Source of the DNA: Amoebidium appalachense
Taxonomy: Eukaryota > Protista > Ichthyosporea
Direction of reading: 5' to 3'
Length of the DNA: 64,000 nucleotides
NCBI GenBank assembly: GCA_963693365.1
Contig: CAVNZM010000006.1
Coordinates: forward strand, 7,295,264-7,359,263
A program made the translations under genes and the position numbers. Of the stretch, positions 53,201-62,400 are shown one piece after another (positions within the stretch are counted from its first letter, which is position 1; each line of letters begins with the position of its first letter). The notes beneath the pieces were generated by a model. It was not told the DNA's origin, ran no database searches, and saw only the letters and a program-made list of their open reading frames with translations.

Positions 53201-54150
53201 CCAGGCTCCGGGCATGCTGTGATGTGGTGGGGCTCATGGCAGTAGGAACACTTCACACTGTTGGTGTTGTGCTGTCGGTTACGGTTGTCCCTGTTACCAC
53301 GGTGGTAAGGGGAAGTTGAACGGGGGCCGGGTGACTTGGAGGGAGGACGAGGATCACGGGAACGGGACGGGGAACGGTGAGGTGTATGCTCACGTCGAGG
53401 AATACGGTTACGGAGGTCACCGGGGGGAAGCACTCTGCTCTGGAGTGCACGGAGGGGACGGTTGTTGACGGTTGCACCTGTGCCTGCGTCGATGAGGCCG
53501 GCACGGATTTCAGCTCCTCGGATGTCACTGATGAGCATGTTGAAGGACGGGTAGGCCTTGTTGTTCATCCAGTAGTCGGAGCAGAGACGTTCAATGTCGG
53601 GGCAGACCAGGGCTGTGTTCTTCCGGATGTGGAGGAAGAACTTACGTACGACATCCTTGTGCTGGACGGGTTCGTCGAGGCAGGCAAGTGTCGTAGCCAG
53701 ACGTTGGAGACGGGTGAGGTATGCTGTGACGTTGGGGTAGTCTCGTAGTTCAAGCTCCTCGAAGGTGACTTGAATCTGGGTGACTCGGGCCTCCTTCTCT
53801 GCTACATACGCCATACGTAGGTTGTGGAAGACTTCACCACCGTGGACACCGTCTTGCATCCGGCCGGAGTCGTAGAGCTCGGTCGGGTGGACGGACTGGT
53901 TGAGGATCTGGTCGAGGACGTCGGAAGCTTTCTTGTAGGAGTCCTTGGTGGTGTAGCCTAGCCACTGGTTGGCTTCAGCGCCGTCAACCCACTGTGGCCT
54001 CTTGATAGCGTCAACGAATTTCTCGGCAATGGTGGTTCTAATGAACCGGTGAATGAGTGGCTCCCACTCGAAATAATTAAGACGTTTCTCGTCTCGTTTC
54101 TCGGACGGATTCCATATTGGAAGGTTGATATACGACGGTTTGTCAGTCAT
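50230..54150 (-). CDS. Copia gag-pol polyprotein (gag, protease, integrase, RT)
   Basis: CSYCHEPHH knuckle; protease WDSACNAHI; LWHNRLGH; integrase HLD..FDSGSEF..NGVVER; RT KARGVAKGFTQ, LDVSTAFL, LYGLKQA, YVDD. Confidence 0.97.
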   Translation of the reverse strand: MTDKPSYINLPIWNPSEKRDEKRLNYFEWEPLIHRFIRTTIAEKFVDAIKRPQWVDGAEANQWLGYTTKDSYKKASDVLDQILNQSVHPTELYDSGRMQDGVHGGEVFHNLRMAYVAEKEARVTQIQVTFEELELRDYPNVTAYLTRLQRLATTLACLDEPVQHKDVVRKFFLHIRKNTALVCPDIERLCSDYWMNNKAYPSFNMLISDIRGAEIRAGLIDAGTGATVNNRPLRALQSRVLPPGDLRNRIPRREHTPHRSPSRSRDPRPPSKSPGPRSTSPYHRGNRDNRNRQHNTNSVKCSYCHEPHHITACPEPGCTVARRAKQEKGDKSVKFALISSTGTPDSNDPVWDSACNAHICPIKEYFSSLTPCPPTPIHGLGTVNAKQRGIINMTLHYNGHPTPCSINAYYVPEAPSFLVSTSMASAAGLLGHCDDTDNHPSFLYSRNGDIITDLTPLDGLYYITDYVIETPKHPGVQAYTARTQPPDDLTLWHNRLGHRALSTVTRMAKDELVIGMPPSLKSPDNSDCFGCMSGKTTKAPFPGTRSKFTIPGAKWHLDFFEAPCASYGGYKVALVCVCDATGYTTVFPLYNRGETLSHIQSLVETIERQTPEIVTHLRFDSGSEFTSKDTEAYCKQKGIIMEFAPVDTPQHNGVVERKMRELQETVRCFLHADKDQPLSPKLWVAALKHTSYIINVTPSSAANGNTPFEAFHGFKPDVSQLHVFGSPAYVHVPRSKRNKLASTVRVGTYVGWDLPSKAHKILDHASNQIKICRDVIFDESKFTGSTNQVSVPPKPDLPTLDPPSDDDDETPSVVISQPSWHNQPAPVEPVPPPSPPPTGQQPLLPAPPVAVHQPGYMTPVRPGSPTFHSATSSPVDTDAPLTTGPIPGFHAPIPASTTYPATTPLKDPPKPNLRRSTRLTKTPTALVSIVAPTINIDQLPKGIQKLCNGPNGDAVIAALTSEYQAFITKDVFTIVDPPPGANIIKFKWIVTEKVLNSAGDTKIKARGVAKGFTQVYGVDYGDTSSPVVMSSSVRALLAIGVDGNHEIHQLDVSTAFLNSPLQEDIYIEPPPGFITPGNEHKVWKLKKALYGLKQASLAWYEYFDKVLLAHGLERLRSDPCVYIKTFPNGDIILTGNYVDDVIIICTANSSHTKDLVDHIMKSALCKVDLPDIFLGTQLIHTPGHLKLLQQSYINDIVRDFNLNDAHPKATPIPVGTVITINENDSPPIKVPYRELLGRLLWVARCSRPDISFAIGYLGRFSANPTKLAWECLLRVVRYLIGTSNLGLHYDKSASVGRQHPLAGVLF

Positions 54151-54226
54151 GATTGAAGCAGTAAGACTGAGAGATTTTCGCGGTTGTAGCGAGATTGTGT
54201 GTTAGCGTGCAAAGGGGCCGTAAACC

Positions 54227-54934
54227 TGTTATTTTGTGTGGGTAAACGGAGAAGCAGAGAGCACAGATGGGTGTTATGTAAAACACAACACAAAGACACA
54301 CGGGAAAAACACAACCGGAGAGGAGGAACGATTTCTGGAACCATAGGAAGTGAATACGACTGCTTGTGATTTATTTCAAGATGAGGTCCCTTTTATACTT
54401 GGGAATGTGAAACGATAAACCAATCAAAAGAATGAAAACTATGAGTGTAAAATATATCGAATAAAATGTCTGTCGACATTTAGAATATAAAACTCAATCC
54501 TCTAATGAAAGAAACTTCTAATAAAAGCACGGAAACATTTAATAAAATGAAACCACTTATGTAACTATTAATTCATAACATATATTTATACATGTTCTTA
54601 TCATAACACGTCTAAATATAATTATTCCTAATAGTTGAAGAACATAGCACAATGCTACGTCGTGGGAAAGGAATGAGAAAGGAATGTAAGTTACTATATT
54701 TGGGAAAATACAAACGAGATATGATTGGATGACATATATAGATTTTGACGCAAACGACAATACGTGTGCGCGAGCTAAGTATGTCGATACGTACACAGAT
54801 CTAAGATGTCGTGTACACGGAAACGGAAAAGAAAGAAAGAAATGAAGAAAGGAAAAGGAAACAAACTACAACAACTAATAAATAAATACCAAACTCAACT
54901 TCTAAGTCTTGCTGAGAATTAAGTGAAGATGACA
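54227..54934 (-). repeat. Copia 5' LTR
   Basis: 708-bp direct repeat of 48539-49246, followed on the minus strand by GGTTTACGGCCCC at the PBS position. Confidence 0.95.
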
Positions 54935-56176
54935 GAGCTAGTCTCGCCCATCAACCACGCAAATTTACCACCAGCCAAACCACACAGCCACCTTCGGATT
55001 GGAACTTTAAACCTGGCCGGACCTACCACTCGTACCGGCCAGGACAAGATCGTCGAGGCAGCCAGGTGGGCTGCCTTTGCAGACATGGACGTAGTCATTC
55101 TGACGGAGACCGGGACCACCCCGGGCTCCTTCACACGCACAAAGTTTTCCATTCGAAACGAAGGTATCCCCATGCGTGCCACGTATGTATGCCCACCAGC
55201 CACCACCACTGGACACACACACACAACACTCTCTGCCTCAGAGGCCCGTATCTCGGTGGCAGAGAGCTCGTCCAATGACCAAACCACACCGTCACTAGCC
55301 CAGGAGGAAACACGATTCCGCTACACGGGGGTGGTGATACTTACAAACGAAACGTGGTTTAGACACCAAGGAAAACCACATAGCAAAAATGCACGAATGC
55401 TAGCTATTCCATATCACACAAAACGGCACACAACGTGGGTGATAGGACTTTATCAACACACGAATGCAACACAGGGAAACGTCAGACAGGCCCGTCGACT
55501 CACCTCACAGGTAGCCAGATTTCTCACCTCCCTCCCGGCCCCCAACGACACCACTGTCATCGTGGCCGGGGATTTCAACGAGGTGTGCCACCCTACTCTG
55601 GACAGGGCACGGCCCGAAACCGGCCCCAGTTCAGCACAGGCAATGCCCACAGGACTCGTGCCCGGGCTGCTCCACGAGCTGATGGACGCCCATCTACTCA
55701 TAGACAGCTACCGAGCCGAACACCCCACCACCAGGGAATATACGTACCACAGCGGTCCCCACCGCTCACGCATCGACTACGTATACATCCCGGCGGCGTT
55801 ACGCCCAGCACTGGTCTCAGCCTCCGTCACGGAATTACCGGATCTTCACACCGACCACCACCTGGCCTGGTGCGAAACTGGGCCCCATCCTAACCTGCCG
55901 GGCCAGGGACCAGGGCCAACCCGAAACCAACCCACACCGAGACTCCAGCTGAAACCGAACACCACACAGGAGGACTGGGCACGTTTTACCACCGGCACGG
56001 AGGCAGCCTTCACGTCCCCCCCAACCACCACCCCTACCCAGGCGGAGGTGGAAGGGAGATGGGAGTACATGGCCGCCACCATTCTCTCGGTGGCAAAAAC
56101 CACAGTGGGCCGGACCAAGAGCAAACCAGAGAAGTCCACGTCAAAACCGACGAAGGTCTTCCCGGAGGACAACTAG
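54935..56176 (+). CDS. ORF2 apurinic-type (APE/EEP) endonuclease domain
   Basis: LRIGTLNLAG, DVVILTET, VIVAGDFN, LIDSYR..HP..YTY, SRIDYVY, TDHH. The TAG at 56174 is followed by plausible in-frame coding (HAELHRLLNA..FWERAKELA). Confidence 0.92.
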   Translation, partial: ELVSPINHANLPPAKPHSHLRIGTLNLAGPTTRTGQDKIVEAARWAAFADMDVVILTETGTTPGSFTRTKFSIRNEGIPMRATYVCPPATTTGHTHTTLSASEARISVAESSSNDQTTPSLAQEETRFRYTGVVILTNETWFRHQGKPHSKNARMLAIPYHTKRHTTWVIGLYQHTNATQGNVRQARRLTSQVARFLTSLPAPNDTTVIVAGDFNEVCHPTLDRARPETGPSSAQAMPTGLVPGLLHELMDAHLLIDSYRAEHPTTREYTYHSGPHRSRIDYVYIPAALRPALVSASVTELPDLHTDHHLAWCETGPHPNLPGQGPGPTRNQPTPRLQLKPNTTQEDWARFTTGTEAAFTSPPTTTPTQAEVEGRWEYMAATILSVAKTTVGRTKSKPEKSTSKPTKVFPEDN

Positions 56177-56414
56177 CACGCGGAGCTACACCGGCTCCTC
56201 AATGCAACGGACCGGGCGGCAAATCCACAGGGTTTCTGGGAGAGGGCCAAGGAGCTGGCCGTCCAATATGGCTGGCCAGCACCCCCTCCCCCTCCGGAGC
56301 CCCCCCCACCGGTACCCCCAACAAGCAGTCCCATCATCCCACTGTACACAGCCGACCCCAACAACCCCCCGGGCATCCCCCCCACCCCCCAGGACACCCC
56401 CCCCCCCTCCCCCC

Positions 56415-59400
56415 CAGGCACACCCGTCCCAGACGGGGTGGTATCAGGAGGAGGGGGACCCCGGATCCACCCAGCAGCACCAACCCACACCCACTTTGCT
56501 GCACCAGCCTGCCGCTGGCCCAGCAGGCAGCCCCAACAGGCAGGCCCAGCATGGGCCACCCAGTCGACAGCACCAACAGGAGCCACCAAGCCAGCAGCAG
56601 CAGCCTCAGGCTGAAGCCCCTGCCGGCAGCCCACAACGGCAGCCACAGCAGGGGCCACCCAGCCTGCAGGCCCTGCATGGGCCACCTAGCCAGCAGCAAC
56701 CGATCACACCTACACTGCAGCAGCTGCCTGCAGCAGCAGATTGCAGCCCCGGCCGGCCGGCCCAGCACGGGCCACCCAGCCGACAGCACCAACAGGAGCC
56801 ACCAAGCCAGCAGCAGCAGCCGCAGGCTGCAGCCCCAGCAGGCAGCCCACACCGGCAGCCACAGCAGGGGCCACCCAGCCTGCAGGCCCTGCCAGGGCCA
56901 CCCAGCCAGCAACAACCGACCACACCCACACTGCAGCAGCCGCCTGCAGCAGCAGCGTGCAGCCCCGGCCGGCAGGCCCAGCACGGGCCACCCAACCAAC
57001 AGGAGCCACCCAGCCAGCAGCAGCAGCCTCAGGCTGAAGCCCCAGCAGGCAGCCCACACCGGCAGCCACAGCAGGGGCCACCCAGCCTGCAGGCCCTGCC
57101 AGGGTCACCCAGCCAGCAGCAACCGACCACACCCACAATGCAGCGGCGGCCTACAGTAGCAGATTGCAGCTCCGGCCGGCCGGCCCAACACGAGCCACCC
57201 AGCCGACAGCACAAACAGGAGCCACCAAGCCAGCAGCAGCAGCCAAAGGCTGCAGCCCCAGCAGGCAGCCCACACCGGCAGTCACAGCAGGGGCCACCCA
57301 CCCTGCAGGCCCCGCCTGGGCCACCCAGCCAGCAGCAACCGACCACACCCACACTGCACCAGCTGCCTGCGGCAGCAGATTGCAGCCCCGGCCGGACGGC
57401 CCAGCACGGGCCACCCAGCCGACAGCACGAACAGGAGCCACCAAGCCAGCAGCAGCAGCCGCAGGCTGCAGACCCTGCCGGCAGCCCACACCGGCAGCCA
57501 CAGCAGGGGCCACCCAGCCTGCAGGCCCTGCCAGAGCCACCCAACCAGCAGCAACCGACCCCACCCACACTGCAGCAGCTGCCTGCAGCAGCAGTTTGCA
57601 GCCCCGGCCGGCCGGCCCAGCACGGCCCACCCAGCCGACAGTACCAACAGGAGCCACCACGCCAGCAGCAGGAGCCTCAGGTTGCAGCCCTAGCAGGCAG
57701 CCCACACCGGCAGCCACCGCAGGGGCCACCCAGCCTGCAGGGCCTGCATGGGCCACCCGGCCAGCAGCAACAAACCACACCCACCCGGCAGCAACTGCCT
57801 GCAGCAGCAGATTGCAGCCCCACCCAGCAGCACCAACCCACACCCACTTTGCTGCATCGGCCTGCCGCTGCCCCAGCAGACAGCCCCGGCCGGCAGGACC
57901 AGCATGGGCCACCCAGTCGCCAGCACCAACAGGAGCCACCAAGCCAGCAACAGCAGCCTCAGGCTGCAGCCCCCGCCAGCAGCCCACAACAGGGGCCACC
58001 CAGCCTGAAGGCCCTGCATGGGCCACCCAGCCAGCAGCAACCGATCACATCTACACTGCAGCAGCTGCCTGCAGCAGCAGATTGCAGCCCCGGCCGGCCG
58101 GCCCAGCACGGGCCACCCAGCCGACAGTACAAACAGGAGCCACCAAGCCAGCAGCAGCCGCCGCAGGCTGTAGCCCCAGCAGGCAGCCCTCACCGGCAGC
58201 CACAGCAGGGGCCACCCAGCCTGCAGGCCCTGCCAGGGCCACCCAGCCAGCAACAACCGACCACACCTACACTGCAGCAGCTGCCTGCAGCGGCGGCGTG
58301 CAGCCCCGGCCGGCAGGCCCAGCACGGGCCACCCAGCCGACAGCACCAACAGGAGCCACCCCGCCAGCAACAGCAGCCTCAGGCTGCAGACCCAGCAGGC
58401 AGCCCACACCTGCAGCCACAGCAGGGGCCACCCAGCCTGCAGGCCCTGCCAGAACAACCCAGCCAGCAGCAACCGACCACACCCACACGGCAGCAGCAGC
58501 AGGTAGCAGACTGCAACCCCAGCCGGCAGGCCCAAGACGGGCCATCCAGCCGACAGCACCGACAGGAGCCGCCAAACCAGCAGCAGCAGCCTCAGGCGGC
58601 AGCCCCAGCAGGCAGCCCACACCGGCAGCCTCAGCAGGGGCCACCCAGCCTGCAGGCCCTGCCAGGGCCACCCAGCCAGCAACAACCGACCACACCCACA
58701 CTGCAGCAGCCGCCTGCAGCAGCAGCGTGCAGCCCCGGCCGGCAGGCCCAGCACGGGCCACCCAACCAACAGGAGCCACCCAGCCAGCAGCAGCAGCCTC
58801 AGGCTGTAGCCCCAGCAGGCAGCCCACACCGGCAGCCACAGCAGGGGCCACCCAGCCTGCAGGCCCTGCCAGGGTCACCCAGCCAGCAGCAACCGACCAC
58901 ACCCACAATGCAGCGGCGGCCTACAGTAGCAGATTGCAGCCCCGGCCGGCCGGCCCAGCACGGGCCACCCAGCCGACAGTACCAACAGGAGCCACCAAGC
59001 CAGCAGCAGCCGCCGCAGGCTGTAGCCCCAGCAGGCAGCCCTCACCGGCAGCCACAGCAGGGGCCACCCAGCCTGCAGGCCCTGCCAGGGCCACCCAGCC
59101 AGCAACAACCGACCACACCTACACTGCAGCAGCTGCCTGCAGCGGCGGCGTGCAGCCCCGGCCGGCCGGCCCAGCACGGGCCACCCAGCCGACAGCACCA
59201 ACAGGAGCCACCCCGCCAGCAACAGCAGCCTCAGGCTGCAGACCCAGCAGGCAGCCCACACCTGCAGCCACAGCAGGGGCCACCCAGCCTGCAGGCCCTG
59301 CCAGAACAACCCAGCCAGCAGCAACCGACCACACCCACACGGCAGCAGCAGCAGGTAGCAGACTGCAACCCCAGCCGGCAGGCCCAGGACGGGCCATCCA

Positions 59401-62400
59401 GCCGACAGCACCGACAGGAGCCGCCAAACCAGCAGCAGCAGCCTCAGGCGGCAGCCCCAGCAGGCAGCCCACACCGGCAGCCTCAGCAGGGGCCACCCAG
59501 CCTGCAGGCCCTGCCAGGGCCACCCAGCCAGCAACAACCGACCACACCCACACTGCAGCAGCCGCCTGCAGCAGCAGCGTGCAGCCCCGGCCGGCAGGCC
59601 CAGCACGGGCCACCCAACCAACAGGAGCCACCCAGCCAGCAGCAGCAGCCTCAGGCTGTAGCCCCAGCAGGCAGCCCACACCGGCAGCCACAGCAGGGGC
59701 CACCCAGCCTGCAGGCCCTGCCAGGGTCACCCAGCCAGCAGCAACCGACCACACCCACAATGCAGCGGCGGCCTACAGTAGCAGATTGCAGCCCCGGCCG
59801 GCCGGCCCAGCACGGGCCACCCAGCCGACAGTACCAACAGGAGCCACCAAGCCAGCAGCAGCCGCCGCAGGCTGTAGCCCCAGCAGGCAGCCCTCACCGG
59901 CAGCCACAGCAGGGGCCACCCAGCCTGCAGGCCCTGCCAGGGCCACCCAGCCAGCAACAACCGACCACACCTACACTGCAGCAGCTGCCTGCAGCGGCGG
60001 CGTGCAGCCCCGGCCGGCCGGCCCAGCACGGGCCACCCAGCCGACAGCACCAACAGGAGCCACCCCGCCAGCAACAGCAGCCTCAGGCTGCAGACCCAGC
60101 AGGCAGCCCACACCTGCAGCCACAGCAGGGGCCACCCAGCCTGCAGGCCCTGCCAGAACAACCCAGCCAGCAGCAACCGACCACACCCACACGGCAGCAG
60201 CAGCAGGTAGCAGACTGCAACCCCAGCCGGCAGGCCCAGGACGGGCCATCCAGCCGACAGCACCGACAGGAGCCGCCAAACCAGCAGCAGCAGCCTCAGG
60301 CGGCAGCCCCAGCAGGCAGCCCACACCGGCAGCCTCAGCAGGGGCCACCCAGCCTGCAGGCCCTGTCAGGGCCACCTGGCCGGCAACAACCGACCACACC
60401 CACACTGCAGCAGCTGCCTGCAGAAGCGGAGGGTAACCCCGGCCGGCAGGCCCAGCACGGGTCACCCAGCCGACAGCACCAGCAGGAGGCACCCAGCTGG
60501 CAGCAGCAGATTCAGGCTGTAGTCCCAACAAGCAGCCAACAACGGCAGCCACAGCAGGGGCCACCCAGCCTGCAGGCCCTGCCAGGGCCACCCAACCAGC
60601 AACAACCGACCACACCCACACCGCAGCAGCCGCCTGCAGCAGCGACGGGCAGCTCCGGCCGGCAGGCCCAGCACGGGCCACCCAGCCGACAGCACCAACA
60701 GGAGCCACCCAGTCAGCAGCAGCAGCCTCAGGCTGCAGCCTCAGCGGGCAGCCCACACCGGCAGCCACAGCAGGGGCCACCCAGCCTGCAGGCCCTGCCA
60801 GGGTCACCCAGCCAGCAGCAAACGACCACACCCACACTGCAGTGGCTGCCTGCAGCAGCAGATTGCAGCCCCGGCCGGCCGGCCCAGCGCGGGCCACCCA
60901 GCCGACGGCACAAACAGGAGCCACCAAGCGAGCAGCAGCAGCCACAGGCTGCAGCCCCAGCAGGCAGCCCACACCGGCAGTCACAGCAGGGGCCACCCAG
61001 CCTGCAGGCCCCGCCAAGGCCACCCAGCCAGCAGCAACCGACCACACCCCCACTGCACCAGCTGCCGCATGATCGCAGCCCCGGCCGGCCGGCCCAGCAC
61101 GGGCCACCCAGCCGACAGCACGAACAGGAGCCTCCAAGCCAGCAGCAGCAGCCTCAGGCTGCAGCCCCAGCAGGCAGCCCACACCGGCAGCCACAGCAGG
61201 GGCCACCCAGCCAGCAGCAACCGACCCCACCCACACTGCAGCAGCTGCCTGCAGCAGCAGTGTGCAGCCCCGGCCGGCCGGCCCAGCACGGCCCCCCCAG
61301 CCGACAGTACCAACAGGAGCCACCAAGCCAGCAGCAGCAGCCTCAGGCTGCAGCCCTAGCAGGCAGCCCACACCGGCAGCCACAGCAGGGGCCGCCCAGC
61401 CTGCAGGCCCTGCATGGGCTACCCGGCCAGCAGCAACAAATCACACCCACACTGCAGCAGCTGCATGCAGCAGCAGATTGCAGCCCCGGCCGGCAGGCCC
61501 AGCACGGGCCACCCAGCCGACAGCACCAACAGGAGCAACCAAGCCAGCAGCAGCAGCCGCAGGCTGAAGCCCAAGCAGGCAGCCCACACCGGCAGCCAAA
61601 GCAGGGGCCACCCCGCCTGCAGACCCTGCCAGGGCCACCCACGGGCAACCAACAGCTACAGACCACACCCACGCAGCCGCAACGGCCCACAGCAGCAGAG
61701 TGCAACCCTGGCCAGCAGGCGCGGCACGGGTCACCCACCCTGCAGCAGCACCCCACCCCCCCAGCAGCCCACCTGTCTCAGACAGGGAGGCAGTGGGAGG
61801 AGTGGGAGGCAACCATGCGGGAGCAACTACAACTATACAGGTCCCAACTCCGAAGGAAACGGCAAAAACTCCTTTGGTTACGGGCAACAGCAGCAGCAGA
61901 AGCACGGTGCAAGCGTATGGTGGACGAACTCCGGCGAGCACTAAGCAGCATTTTAGACCGGGGGAGTGTGAACGTCTCGGCTACGTTAGTCAAGCACGTC
62001 ACCCCAACGGGCACTGAGTACCTCACGGAGTGGGCTGACACGGAGCCCGTCATTCGTGAAACTTATCACCGGTGGACGGCCCGCAGGAACCCACACATCG
62101 AGGAGATGCTCGCCGACCCAATGTGGGCCGACATCTATCGACCGATCCCCCCCGAAGACTCCCCATTAGGGTCTATAATGCACCCGGCCACCCACGACGA
62201 GCTCCAACAGATCGTCCAAAGCCGACAGGGGGGGAAGGCCCCCGGCCCAACGGAAATCCAGTACGAATACTTCCAACACCTGGGGCCAAAGGGGCTAGCA
62301 TGGCTCCTACATATCATCAACGGATGTCTGGCCACGGGGACCACACCGAGGTCATGGCTGCACCACACCATCCATCCCCTACCGAAAGGGGAATGGGAAG

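Larger units (their letters stand above)
48539..54934 (-). mobile_element. Full-length Ty1/copia LTR retrotransposon
   Basis: Two 708-bp TG...CA LTRs, 5-bp TSD GAGCT (48534-48538 and 54935-54939), polypurine tract TGAGTGGGGA abutting the 3' LTR, and gag-PR-IN-RT-RH domain order. Confidence 0.97.

Noticed and set aside
51259-53748. Plus-strand ORFs within the copia as antisense genes
   Set aside because: Expected shadows of a GC-biased pol frame, with no recognisable motifs.
34470-56176. Stop-codon reassignment suggested by in-frame TAG/TAA at 34470, 36105 and 56174
   Set aside because: TAA terminates intact genes (secreted protein, ORF1, YR), and long ORFs such as the copia pol and ORF1 contain no internal TAA/TAG. 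The stops occur in copies with other damage.
57164-60436. 1090-aa Ala/Pro/Thr-rich ORF as a mucin-like host gene
   Set aside because: Shadow frame of the minisatellite. It is bounded by stops, whereas another frame is continuous with the RT.
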